Under the pieces are notes generated by a model. The model was not told where the DNA came from. It worked only from the letters and a program-made list of their open reading frames with translations, and made no database searches. From Mobula hypostoma (taxonomy: Eukaryota), in the NCBI RefSeq assembly GCF_963921235.1, contig NC_086097.1:207516001-207580000 (forward strand): a stretch of 64,000 nt of DNA, given 5' to 3'. This document shows, one piece after another, positions 1 to 12,377 of the stretch; position 1 is the first letter of the stretch, and each line of letters begins with the position of its first letter. Both the position numbers and the translations under genes were made by a program.

Positions 1-1438
1 TGATGGTAAGGACTGGAGGAGCTGGCAGTTGAATGCGTGGCTGAGGAGTTGGTGCAGGGAGCAGGGTTTTAGATTTTTGGACCATTGGGATCTATTCTGG
101 GGAAGGTGGGACCTGTACAGATTGGATGGGTTGCACCTGAACTCTAGGGGGAGCAATATCCTTGCAGGTAGGTTTGCTAGCTTGGTTCGGGAGGGTTTAA
201 ACTAATTTGCAAGGGTGATGGGACCCGGAGCGATAGAGCAGTGAAAGAAGTGCATGGAGTAAAGCCAGATCTAACATACAGAGAGGCTTTGAGGAAAGAG
301 AAACAGAATGAAGGGAGTAAAGGTAATAAGGTAGAAGGGCTAAAGTGCTTGTACTTCAATGCAAGAAGCATCAGGAACAAAGGTGATGAACTGAGAGCTT
401 GGATACATACATGAAATTATGATGTAGTGGCCATTACAGAGACTTGGCTGGCACCAGGGCAGGAATGGATTCTCAATATTCCTGGATTTCAGTGCTTTAA
501 AAGGGATAGAGAAGCAGGGGAAAGGGGAGGAGGGGTGGCATTACTGGTCAGAGATACTATTACAGCTACAGAAAGGGTGGGTAATGTAGCAGGATCCTCT
601 TTTGAGTCAGTATGGGTGGAAGTCAGGAACAGGAAAGGAGCAGTTACTGTATTGGGAGTATTCTATAGGCCCCCTGGTAGCAGCAGAGATACCGAGGAGC
701 AGATTGGGAGGCAGATTTTGGAAAGGTGCAAAAATAACAGGGTTGTTATCATGGGTGACTTTAACTTCCCTAATATTGATTGGCACCTGATTAGTTCCAA
801 TGGTTTAGATGGGGCAGAGTTTGTTAACTGTGTCCAGGACGGGTTCCTGTCACAGTATGTTGACAGGCCAACTCGGGGGAATGCCATACTAGATCTAGTA
901 TTAGGTAACAAACCGCATCAGGTTACAGATCTCTCAGTGGGTGAGCATCTGGGGACAATGACAACTGATCTCTGGCCTTTAGCATTATCATGGAAAAGGA
1001 TAGAATCAGAGAGGACAGGAAAATTTTTAACCAGGGAAGGGCAAATTATAAGGCTATAAGGCTAGAAAGAGGATGAGAGGAGGCATGATAGAGGGTACAA
1101 GATACTAAGAGGAATAGGTAGAGTGGACAGCCAGCGCCTCTTCTCCAGGGCACCACTGCTCAATACAGGAGGACATGGCTTTAAGGTAAGGGGTGGGAAG
1201 TTCAAGGGGGATATTAGAGGAAGGTTTTTTACTCAGAGAGTGGTTGGTGCATGGAATGCACTGCCTGAGTCAGTGGTGGAGGCATATACACTAGTGAAGT
1301 TTAAGAGACTACTAGACAGGTATGTGGAGGAATTTAAGGTGGGGGGTTATATGGGAGGCAGGGTTTGAGGGTCGGCACAACATTGTGGGCTGAAGGGCCT
1401 GTACTGTGCTGTACTATTCTATGTCTATGTTTATGTCT
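1..1438 (+). mobile_element. CR1 LINE: ORF1 esterase C-terminus, ORF2 AP-endonuclease, internal deletion of RT, intact 3' end
   Basis: Frame 2..205 reads ...WDLYRLDGLHLNSRGSNILAGRFA (SGNH-type DGLH motif of CR1 ORF1). ORF2 has YFNARSI, AITETWL, GVFYRPP and MGDFNFPNIDW. It jumps at ~1066 to the ORF2 C-terminus (RFFTQRVVGAWNALP) and ends in a TTCTATG-like tail. Confidence 0.93.
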
Positions 1439-1440
1439 AC

Positions 1441-3670
1441 GACCATTAGGGGAAGCGAGGAGAGCAAGGAGCATTTAAGTGCTTCAAGTATTATGGGTAA
1501 GGATTATGAATTTAGAGCATGGATCATTACATGGAACTATGATTTTGTGGCCATTACAGAGACTTGATTGAGACAAGAATGGGAGCTTAATATCAGTGTT
1601 TCATTTTTTTACAAAAGTTAGTGAGGTAGGAAAAAAGTTGGAGGGGCAGAGGATGAAGCTGCACTACTAATCAGGGACAATATCACAACTGCACTCAGAG
1701 AGCTCGTCCACTGAGTCTGTCTGGGTAGAACTCAAAAATAGGAAAGGTGCAATCACTCTGATGGGATTGTATTACAGACCCACCCCCCACCCACCCTCCA
1801 ATAGCCACCAGGACATTGAGCAACAGATATGCAAGCAGATTTAGGAAATATATAAAAACAATAAGGTTGGGGGACTTCAACTTCCCTAATATAAACTGGA
1901 AGCTTCAGAATGCAAGACATTTCAATGGGGCAGAATTTGTTAGGTGCACTCAGGAGGCTTTGTTAAATCTATATGTAGATAGTCCAACAACAGGAGGGGC
2001 TGTAGTGGACTCGGTGTTGTGTAATGGTGCTGACCAGGGGACCGACCTTTCAGTGGGTGAGCAGTTAGGGAACAGTGGCCACAACTCCTTAAGTTTTAAG
2101 TCAGGTATAGGTAAGGATAAGTATGGACCTTGCAGAAATACATTAAATTGGAGCAGGACAAATTATGAGCGCATTCGGCGGAAACTAGAGGGAGTTCATT
2201 GGGAACAACTGTTTTTGGGCAAATTCACATCCCACATGTGGAGGGTCTTTAAAGACCAGCTGCAAAGAGTACAGGACAGGTATGCTCCAGTCAGAAGGAA
2301 GGACAACGATGGCAAAGTAAGAGAATCTTGGATATTGAGACAGGTGGTGAATTTAGTCCACAAGTAAAAGGAAAATTAAATAAAGCTTCCGAAGCTAGAA
2401 TCAAACAGAGCCCTTGAGGGTTACAAAGAAACCAGAAAGAGAGTTCAAGAAGGGAATAAGAAAGACAAGAGGGGCCACAAAAAATCCTTAGAGAGCTAGC
2501 ATGGCTTTGTGTGCAGGACAAGTCATGTCTTCCTAATTGGACTGAGTTTTTCGACAAAGTGATGAAGATGATTGATGAAGGTAGAGCTGTGGATTTTAGT
2601 AAGTAATTTGACAAGGTTCCTCATGGGAGGCTCATGCAGAAGATTATGATGCATGGGATCCATGGTAAATTGATCGTTTGGATTCAGAACTGGCTTGCCC
2701 ATAAAACACAGAAGGTAGTGGTCAAAGGGACTTATTCCAGCAGGAAGTCTGTGATTGGTGGTGTTGCACACTAATTTTGCACATAGGTTTGCAGATGAGA
2801 TGAAGATTGGTGATACTGTGGATAGCATAAAAGACATACAAAGAATATAATGAGGTTATAGATCAGTTGCACATATGGGAGGAGAAATGGCAGATGAAGT
2901 TTAAACTGGACAAATGTGAACTGCTGCACCTTTGTAGGTCAAATATAAAGAGACCGTACACTTAACAGTGTTAATGAGCAGTGGGATCTTGGGGTCCAAA
3001 TTGATAATTCCCTGAAAATGGCTACAGAGGTTGATAGGGTGGTTAAGAAGGCATATGGCATGCTTGCCTTTATTAGTGGAGGCATGGAGTTCAAAAGTCA
3101 GAAGGTTATGCTGCAACTTCATAGAACCCTAGTTAAGCCACATCTGGAGAATTGCATAGTTCTGGTCGCCCCATTATAAGAAGGATGTTGAGGCTTTGGA
3201 GAGGGTGCAGAAGAGGATATTGCCTTGTTTGGGAGGCACAGGGTATAGCAAGAGGTTGGACAAACTTGGGGTGTTTTATCTGAAGCGGTGGGTGCTGAGA
3301 GGAGATCTGACAGAAGTTTTCAAGGTTATGAGAGGCATAGATAGAGTAGACAGACAGTATCTTTTTCCAGGTTTGGAATGTCTAATGCCAGAGGGCATAC
3401 ATTTGAGGTGAGAGGATAATATGAAAGAAATATGAGGGGCAAGTTTTTTACAGAGAGTGCTGGGTGCCTGGAATGCACAGCCTGGGCTGGTGGCCTAGGC
3501 AGAAACATGAGGGATTTCAACGAGATATTTATGTAGGGATATTAATGAGAGGAAAATGTAAGCATATAGACATTGTATAGGCAGAAGATATAAGTTTAGT
3601 TAGCCATTTAATTGATTTAGCACAACATTATGGGCCGAAGGGCCAGTTCCTGTGCAGTACTGTTCTATCT
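1441..3670 (+). mobile_element. Older, deleted CR1 LINE ORF2 (endonuclease, RT fragments, 3' end)
   Basis: LGDFNFPNINW, FDKVPHGRL and FADEMKIG fragments and LERVQKR, with many stops and frameshifts. The 3' end reads GGGCCGAAGGGCC...CTGTGCAGTACTGTTCTAT. Confidence 0.88.
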
Positions 3671-4061
3671 TTTAGCTTCTTGATATATTTTTTTCACATT
3701 TTATTCACACATTAATGTAGGATCTTTGGAAGCAGGATTAGCTAACACTTCCTTCTTAATGCAGGCTTAGGATAACACTGCAATTTTACATTTCAAGGCG
3801 ATATCTAGAGGAAAGAGCTGTCAATGTTTTTACTTGGGGTGACAAAGTTCGAGAGAGCACTGCTGGTAACTGAGCTTAGGTTTTTTGAAGTAACACCAGG
3901 AAATCAGCATGAAGCAGCTGACATTTTCCAGTGTAACCACGAAGTAGCTCAGCAGTCCTGAAATCCCAGAAGTCCAGGCTTGCTGACAGGTGCTTATTAG
4001 GGTCTTGCCTACTGTGCTCCACCACCGAGCCTTTCACAGAGTGGGAATATTTTAAGAGATC

Positions 4062-4380
4062 AAAATTAAGGTTAGTTTTATTTGTCACGTGTACATCAAA
4101 ATATAAAGCCATATAGTGAAATGTGTTCACAACAGGAATTCTGCAGATGCTGGAAATTCAAGCAACACACATAAAAGTTGCTGGTGAACGCAGCAGGCCA
4201 GGCAGCATCTGCACCTCTTCCTAGAGATGCTGCCTGGCCTGCTGCGTTCACCAGCAACTTTTATGAGTGAAATGTGTTGTCTGCATCAATGACCATTACA
4301 GTCTGAAGATTGTCCTGGGACAGCCCACTTCCAGCACCAATACCGTATGAGCCCAACTCTCTAACCTTAACCGTGTGTCT
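4062..4380 (-). mobile_element. Degenerate SINE 3' portion with Rex1-type tail, interrupted by a hairpin insertion
   Basis: The minus strand ends GTGACAAATAAAACTAACCTTAA. It aligns by eye with the SINE at 37015-37240 once 4128-4265 is removed. Confidence 0.55.
4128..4265. mobile_element. Short palindromic Penelope-derived element with 13-bp TSD
   Basis: Perfect 41-bp inverted repeat (4170-4210 / 4225-4265) and TSD AGTGAAATGTGTT at 4115-4127 and 4266-4278. The arms resemble the Penelope 3' end at 40540-40610. Confidence 0.85.
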
Positions 4381-4849
4381 TTCATTTATAGAATCTGTGC
4401 ACAGGTTAGTTGGTCATGGGCGAGGAATTTTAGTGGAAAGTAATAGTTACCCATGACCTAGTTAGGAATTGGCTAATGTATTTACTTATTTTGAGATAAT
4501 TTCTCTTTCTAAATTTTTTGAATGGTTTGATTATTTTTGTATTGTTTTCAAATGTCAGAGAGAGGTTCTTCATCTGACTGTCCCTGGGTCATAGCTAACA
4601 GCTAAGCATGGCTAATATGTTTAGCAGGTATTTTGGTTCCTTGTGAGACTATTTGGATGTGAAAGCCCCTTGGCTACTCTGTCAGAATTGGGTCGGCTTC
4701 TGCATGGAAATTCTTGTTGGGCTATTGGCAGAAGATTATTGTGTGTTTAGAAGTGTGCTGAACAATAAATGCATTGCCAAGAAGTTCTGTTCATAATTTT
4801 TTAGCAGTTCAAAACCTACCTATTTGGTTTAAGTGATGACACAATGTCA

Positions 4850-5185
4850 CAGCTCTCAGGGCATTGCCTTGCAGTGCCAGTGACTTGGTTCAATCTTGAC
4901 TGAATTGCTCTCTGCGTGTAGCTTGCACATCCTTCCTGTGACCACATATGTTTCATGTGGGATCCCCAGCTTCCCAGCACGTCCCGAAGCATGGCATTCA
5001 GTAGGTTAACTGACGACTGTAAATTGCCTGCAGAACGCAGATGAGTGATGGAATCTGGGAGTAAAAGATGAGAATGTAGGAAGAATAAAAATGGGATTAA
5101 TGCAGGATGGATGTAAATTAGTAGTTGGATGCATGGATTCGGTTGGCCAAAGTGCCTGTCTCTGTATCTTTCTATAAGTCTATGA
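4850..5185 (+). mobile_element. Degenerate tRNA-derived V-SINE (HE1-like) with CR1-type tail
   Basis: B-box-like GGTTCAATC, V-domain-like CCTTCCTGTGACC...GTAGGTTAACTGAC...TGTAAATTGCC, and a CR1-like tail GGCCAAAGTGCCTGTCTCTGTAT...TCTATGA. Confidence 0.6.
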
Positions 5186-6009
5186 TCAGTTATACAAATT
5201 ATAGGTTGGTACTGTAGAACAATAGCAGAATGAACAAAAGTGTAATTGTTGTAGTTCTATAAGTTGATAATGTCACCTTGAATCCCACCGAGCAGCTATT
5301 TCTAGACACTCACTACCTCCGTGTGTAGTTATGAAAGGAGGATGAGTTTACAGTTGAACAAATTTCCTTCATAGTTTTTGGGACAAATTTTATGAATCTG
5401 CTGTATGAGAGCAGAGCTACAGCTGCTGGGCTTATAAGTCAAGATTCTGAACTGAAAGCTTCCATCTAATAAATACAAAGTAGATATCCATGTGTATTCA
5501 GGAGTAAAAGCTTTTACAATGAATTTTATCTCTACAGAGATCAGTGGTTTTATGTGATAACTGTTTGTACTTAGCTTCCAAGGATAGATATAACTCGATA
5601 CCTGACCGCTGCTCATGTGGTATGAATGTGCTGTCATCAGCTAATGCCAGTAATATATGAGGAATGTTGTGAAATTATAAGATGGTTTCCCAGCCTGATG
5701 ATGAATAATCGCCATTGAAATGGAGAAAATGTGGCAGCTCAAATGGCACAGCATGACCCCTCAAACAGGAAAAAAATAACAATCAGATCGGGTACTTTGA
5801 TATTTTATTTGAGGGATTCATATTCGCGCAGATCTTCTGTTGCTCCAAGAATGCTGCTGCTTATTAATGTTTCTTCCAGACCGGTCCTTGGTAACACCTT
5901 TCACAGGGAACTCAACTTCCATTGAAGCCCAGCACAATGTAATGCCGTGCAGAATTTCCCCGAGTAAATGGTTAGCGGTGCTGACAGAATGGCTTGACAG
6001 CTGCCGGGG

Positions 6010-6245
6010 AGTTGGACTGTGCCCAGTCAGTGAATGGGAGCACGAGAAGAAGCAGCCATTTCATTAAGGTCCAAGGTTGAAGATTAGAAAGGCAGAGTTT
6101 CACAACGGTTTTTGAAGTTGGACTGCACCCAATCAGTGAATGGGAGCTCAAGAAGAAGCTACAATTTCACTTAGGACCACTGCAGAAGATTAAAAAGGCA
6201 GTGCTACATGGCAGTTTATGGAGGTTGTGCCCAATTAGTGAATAA
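6010..6245 (+). repeat. ~106-bp tandem repeat, ~2.3 copies, CCAAT-containing
   Basis: Units start at 6010 (AGTTGGACTGTGCCCAGTCAGTGAATGGGAGC) and 6116 (AGTTGGACTGCACCCAATCAGTGAATGGGAGC), with a partial third near 6222. Confidence 0.8.
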
Positions 6246-6438
6246 GGCAGAGACAAGTAGAGCGGTCATTGTTGGAATAGCCATTATGTGAGTGGGCCAG
6301 TGATGGAGATGCTTCTGCTCATCAGGCTTATATGAGATCAGTCTTGGGCATGGAAGGTACCTGGTAAGTTACTTCTTCTTCTTTATTCTCATCTGTTTGG
6401 GCACAGTTAGTGCAGTGAAAATTGCTCCATGGTCTGTG
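6246..6438 (+). mobile_element. Probable CR1 5' UTR remnant
   Basis: Shares motifs (GCTT..GCTCA.CAGG; AAGGT...GGTA.GTTAC) with the CR1 5' UTR read on the minus strand at 47460-47650. Confidence 0.4.
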
Positions 6439-8053
6439 TTTTAGACCATAAGATATAGCAGCAGAATTAGGCCATTTGGCCCATCAAGTCTGCTCCATCA
6501 TTTCATCATGGCTGATCCATTTTCCCTCTCAGTCCCAATCTTTTGCTTTCTCCCCGTATCCATTCTTACCCCAACTAATCAAGAATCTATCATCCTTCCC
6601 CTTAAATATATATAAAGACTTGGCCTTCACAGTCACCCATGATAATAAATTCCTCAGATTCACCCACTCTGGCTAAAGAAATTCCTCCTCATCTCTGCTC
6701 TAAAAGGATGCCTCTCGATTCTGAGGTTCTGTCCTCTGGTCTTAGACACTCCCACCACAGGAAACATCTTCTCCTCATCCACCCTACCAAGGCTTTTCAC
6801 CATTCAATAGGTTTCAATGAGGTTACCCCTCATTCTTCTGAATTCTGGTGAATATAGGCTGAGAGTCACTGAACACTCTTCATATGACAAGTCATTTAAT
6901 CCTGAAATCATTTTCATGAACCTCCTTTGAACCTTCTCCAGTTCTAGCACATCCTTTCTAAGATAAACCCAAACCTGCTCACAATACTCCAAGTGAGGCC
7001 TCAGCAGTGCTTTATAGAGTTTCAACATTACATCCTTGCTTTTATATTCTTGTCCTCTTGAAATGAATTCTAACATCACATTTGCCTTCCTCATCACAGA
7101 CTCAATCTGCAAGTTAATCTTTAGGGAATCCTGCACAAGGACTCACAACTCACTTTGCTGATCATCTTTTTTACTATTTTCCCTCTATTTAGAAATTAGT
7201 CAACCCTTTCATTTATTCTACAAAAGTGCATCAGCATACACTAACACTGTATTCTATCTGCCATTTCTTTGTCCATTCCCCTAATCTGGCTAAGTCCTCT
7301 CTACTTCTTCAAAACCACCTGCCCCTCCACCTACCTTCATATTGTCTGCAAACTTCACCACAAAGCCATCAACTCCATCATCCAAATCATTGACGTATAA
7401 TGTAAAAAGAAGCGGTCCCAACACAGCTCCATGTGGAACACCACTAGACATTGACATCCAAGCAAAAAAGCTATCCTTTATTCACACTCTTTGCCTCCCA
7501 CCAATCAGCCACAGCTGTATCCATGCTAGAATTTTTCCTGCAATACCATGGGCTCATTTTGTTAAGAACCCTCATGTGTGGTACCTTTTCAAAGGCCTTC
7601 TGAAAATCCAAGTCCACAACACCACCAATTCTCCATTGTCTGTCCTGCTTGTTATTTCTTCAAAGAATGCCAATAGATTTGTCAGGCAAGATTGCTCCTT
7701 AGGGAAATAATACTGATTTTGGCCTATTTTATCATGTGCCTCCAAGTACTCCAAAACCACATTCTTGACAAACGACTCCAACATCTTCCCAAACACTGAG
7801 GTCAGATTAACTAGCCTATAATTTCCTTTCTTCTGTCTTTCTCCCTTCTTGAAGAGTAGAGTGACATTTGTAATTTTCCATTCTCTGGAATTCTTGCCAG
7901 ATTCGAATGATTATTGAATGACTATTACTAATGCCGCCACAATCTCTTCATCCATCTCTTTCAGAACTCTGGGGTGTATACCATCTGGACCAGGTGATCT
8001 ATCTACCTTTAGAACTTTCAGTTTTCCAGAAACCTTTTCCCTTGTAATGGCAT

Positions 8054-9577
8054 CACATCCCAGCAGACAAAATCCCAGCAGTAGTCCTGAAGACGTGTGC
8101 TCCAGAACTTGCCGCACCACTAGCCAAACTGTTTCAGTACAGCTACAACACCGGCGTCTACCCAGCAATGTGGAACATTGCCCAGGTAAGTCTTGGACAA
8201 AAGAAACAGGACAAGTCCAACCCAGCCAATTACTGCCCTATTAGCCTACTCTCAATCATCAGGAAAGTAACGGAAGGGGTCATCACAGTGTTGTCATGCA
8301 GCACCAACTCGGCAATAACCTGCTTATCAAGGCTACTCAGCTCCTGACCTCATCACCTCCTTAGTCCAAACATGCTAAGTACCAGCGATGAAGTGACAGT
8401 GATAGCTCTTGACATCAAGGCAACATTTGACCAAGGATGGCATCAAGAGGCCCTAGCTAAAATGGAGTAAGTGGGAATTAGGGGCAAAATCCTCCACTGG
8501 TTGGAATCATACCTAACTCAAAGGAAGATGGTTGTGGGTTTGGAGTCAATCATCTTATCCTCAGGACATCACTGTAGAAGTTCTTCAGGGAAGTGTCCTA
8601 GGACAAACTATCTTCAGCTGCTTCAACAATGACCTTCCTTCTATCATAAAGTCAGAAGTGGGGATGTCTGCAGATGACTGCACAATGTTCTGCACCATTC
8701 ATGACTCCTCAGATAGTGAAGCAGTTTATACCCAAATGCAGCACAACCTGGACAATATCCAGGCTTGGGCTGACAAGTGGCACGTAACATTCGGGCCACA
8801 CAATGACAATCTTCAACAAGAGAGGCTCTAACCATTGTCCCTTGATATTCAGTGGCATCACCATCAGTGAAATCCCTACTATCAGCATCCTGGGGGTTAC
8901 CCATTGACAGGAAACTGAACTGATTTAGTCATATAAACACGGTGGCTACCATAGCACGTCAAAGGCTAGGAATCCTGCAGCATGTAACTCACCTCCTGAC
9001 TCCCCAAAGCCTGTCCATCATCTACAAGGCTCAGGTCAGGAGTGTAATGGAATACTTGCCACTTGCCTGGATGAATACAGTTCCATCAACACTCAAAAAG
9101 CTGACACCATCCAGTACAAAGCAGCCCACTTGATTGGTACCGCTTCCACAATCCCTCAATCCCTCCACCATCAATGAACAGTGTAGCAGTATGTGCTATC
9201 TGCAAGATGCACTGCAATAACACAAAGATCCTATGGCAGCACCTTACAAACCCACGACCACTACCATCTAGAAGGACGAGAACAGCAGATACCAGGAAAC
9301 ACCATGACTTGGAAATCCCCCCTCCAAGTCATTCACCATCCTGACTTGGAATCATTTTGCTGCTCCCTCTCGTCACTGGGTCTAAATCATGGAATTCCCT
9401 CTCTAACAGCACTGTGGGTTAGGGAGCAAATTCCATGATTTAGCACCTACATCTCAGGGTCTGCAGCGGTTCAAAGAGGCAGTTCATCACCACCTTCTCC
9501 AGGGAAACTAGGGATGAGCAATAATTGCTGGCTTAGCTGGTGACATCTGCATCCCGTAAATGAATAAATAAAAAAAA
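8054..9577 (+). mobile_element. 5'-truncated CR1-group LINE of a distinct lineage (RT domain, A-rich tail)
   Basis: VLKTCAPELAAPLAKLFQYSYNTG, SNPANYCPISLLS, QGSVLGQTIFSCFNNDL, SADD and IYKAQVRSVMEY. Ends TGAATAAATAAAAAAAA. Confidence 0.8.
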
Positions 9578-9775
9578 CACACTTCTTCCCTGTGACACTC
9601 TCAAACTTCTAGAATACTGTTAGAGTCTTCCGCAGTGAAAAGTGATGCAAAATACTTATTCAGTACATCCTATTACTACCTCTGCAGAATTATTTTCCAG
9701 TGATCAATATCTACTCTTAGCTCTCTTTTACACTTTCTATCTCTGAAGTAACTTTTGGTATCCTCTTTATTATTA

Positions 9776-10168
9776 TGTCGCACGGGGCGACTGAGGAGAA
9801 CCAAGTGCAGGACACTGACACGTCGACTGAGTTGGGGATGCTGGCGTAGACATAGAACAGCAACCTGGCGGAATCTTGACAAGGAGACAGGATTTACAGG
9901 GACTATCTGGAAACTAGAGCTGAACTTGGAACTAAACTTAGAACTAACAGTTCTAATCGGACAAGAGAACAAAGTATTACACGAAAATGGACCAACAAAC
10001 TGGCAACCTGTGTAGTGATGCCATCGTACTTATTTCACGGTCTCTGATGCAAACCAGGTGTACCGTAATTAAGTAAACTGGCAGCAATTGGAAATCTAAT
10101 GGCTGAAATTAGGGCATAATCAGGGAGAAAGGAGCGTTAAAGAGGAACAGCCAAACAGAACCATGACA
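9776..10168 (-). mobile_element. Solo LTR (Gypsy-like), 393 bp, 5-bp TSD
   Basis: TGTC...TGACA termini and TSD TATTA at 9771-9775 and 10169-10173. The minus-strand GTGTCCTGCACTTGGTTC resembles the LTR-end motif at ~46940. Confidence 0.8.
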
Positions 10169-11574
10169 TATTATTGGCTTCATATTCCATCCTTTCCTTC
10201 TTTTTCAGTCCCCTTCTGTTGGTTTTTGAAAGCTTCTCAATCCTCTAACTTCCCACTACTTTTTGCTCTGTTATATATGTCCTCTCTTTGACTTTTATAT
10301 TGCCTTTGACTTCTTTAGTCAGCCATTGTTATGTTCTCCAGACTTTAGAGTACTTGATCCTCTCTGCACCTTCCAAATTGTTCCCAGAAATTCCAGGCAT
10401 TGTTGCTTTACTATTATCCCTGTACTGGTATTCCCTTCAATTTAATTTTCACAAGCCAATAACGGTAAGAAAAAAGTTCAAAGTAAGTTTTGTTATCAGA
10501 GTACATATATATCACTGCTTGTGTCTTCCACAGTGAAGACTGATGCAAAATACTAAGACAGTTTGTCCAACATTTCCTTGTCCCAATTATTACCTCTCCA
10601 GCATCATTTTCCAGTGGAAAAGATAGAATAGGAAGGCAAGCTAGCTAATAATATAAAAGAGAATACCTAAAGTTTCTTTAGATATTTGAAGTGTAAAAGA
10701 GAAGTGAGAGTAGAGTTTGGACTGCTGGATAATGATGTTGGAGAATTAGTAATGGGGGACAATGAAATGGCAGATGAACTGAACCTATACTTTGCATCAA
10801 CCTTCACTGTGGAAGGTGCTAGCAGTACGGTGGAAGTTTCAGGTGTCAGCGATCATGAAATATGTGAGTTAACCATTGCTAGAGAGAAGGTTCTTGGGAA
10901 ACTGAATGTTCTGAAGGTAGATAAGTCACCTGGACCAGATGGTGTACACCCAAGAGTTCTGAAAGAGGTGGTTGAAGAGATGGTGGAGGCATTAGAAATC
11001 ACCTTTCAGGAATGAATGGATATTGGCATGTTTCTGGAGGACTGGAAAACTGCAAATGTCACTCTACTTTTCAAGAAGGGAGAAATGCAGAAGGAAGGAA
11101 ATTATAGTCTGGCACAATTGTAGATCAGCCATTTAGTTTGACCTCAATGTTTGGAAAGATGTTGTTGTTGCTTGTCAAGATGTGGTTTCAGGGTACTTGG
11201 TGGGACACCATAAAATAGGATGAAGTCAGCTTTGTGTCCTTAAGGGAAAATTTTGCCTGACAAATCTGTTTGAATTCTTTAAAGAAATAACAACATGGGT
11301 AGCCAAACGAGAATTGATGAATGTTGTGTACTTGGATTTTCAGAAGGCCTTTGACAAGGTGCCACACATGAGGCTGCTTATCAATTTAAGAACCCATGGC
11401 ACTACAGGAATTATACTGGCATGGATAGAGCATTGGCTGATTTGCAGGAGACAAAGAGTGTGATTATAGGGAGCTTTTTCTTGTTGGCTGCCGGTAGCTA
11501 GTGGCCTTCTACAGACATCTGTGTTGGGACCGAATCTTTTTACGTTATATGCCAGTGATTTGGATGTTGGAATT

Positions 11575-11612
11575 AGATAATAGACAATAGACAATAGGTG
11601 CAGGAGTAGGTC
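11575..11612 (-). mobile_element. 38-bp extreme 5'-truncated CR1 3' end with 4-bp TSD
   Basis: The minus strand reads GACCTACTCCTGCACCTATTGTCTATTGTCTATTATCT. It is flanked by AATT at 11571-11574 and 11613-11616 inside the host CR1 RT. Confidence 0.7.
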
Positions 11613-12377
11613 AATTAATAGCTTTGTGGCCAAGTCTGTGGATGAGATGAAGATAGGTGAAGGGGCAGATAGTTTCGGGGAAGTAGAGAGGCTACAGAAG
11701 GACATAGACAGATTAGGAGAATGAGCAAAGAAATGGCAGATGGAATACAGTGTTGGGAAGTGTATGGCCATGCACTTTCATATAAGCAATAAACGTGTAG
11801 ACTATTTTCTATGTGGAGAGAAAAATCAAAAATCTGAGATACCAAGGGACTTGGAAGTCCTTGTACAGAATTCTTTAAATGTTAATTTGCAGGATGAATC
11901 AGTGGTGGGGAAGGAAAATGCAATGTTCAGATTCATTTTGAGAGGTCTAGAATATAAAAGCAAGAATGTAATGATAAAGTTTTATGAAACTGGTGAGACC
12001 TCACTTGGAGTATTCTGAGCAATTTTTGTCCTCTTATCAAAGGAAGGATGTGTTGACATTGGAGAGTGTTCAAAGAAGGTTCACAAAACTAAATCCTGGC
12101 TTGAAAGGCTCATCATACGAAGAATGTTTGATGGCTGTGGTCCTGTACTCACTGGGATTCACTTAATGGAGAGGGACATCAAATGTTGAAAGGCCTCAAT
12201 ATAGTGGATGTAGAGAGGATGTTTCTTATGGTTGTGGAGTCTAAGACCAAAGGATAAATCTCAGAAAAGACGGATGTTCATTTAGAACAGAGATGAGGAG
12301 GAATTTTTTTAGCCAGAGGATGGTGAATCTGGGAAATTCATTGCCACAGCTTTGGAGACCAAGTCATTGGGTATACT

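Larger units (their letters stand above)
6443..10450 (-). mobile_element. CR1 LINE ORF2, interrupted by a LINE (8054-9577) and a solo LTR (9776-10168)
   Basis: Minus-strand fragments SPGPDGIHPRVLKE, SCLTNLLAFFEE and LYKALLRPHLEYC. The 3' tail is at 6443 (GACCATAAGA on +), and the sequence resumes after each insertion. Confidence 0.9.

Noticed and set aside
4850..4920. tRNA gene
   Set aside because: Only a decayed B-box in a SINE head; no cloverleaf can be formed.
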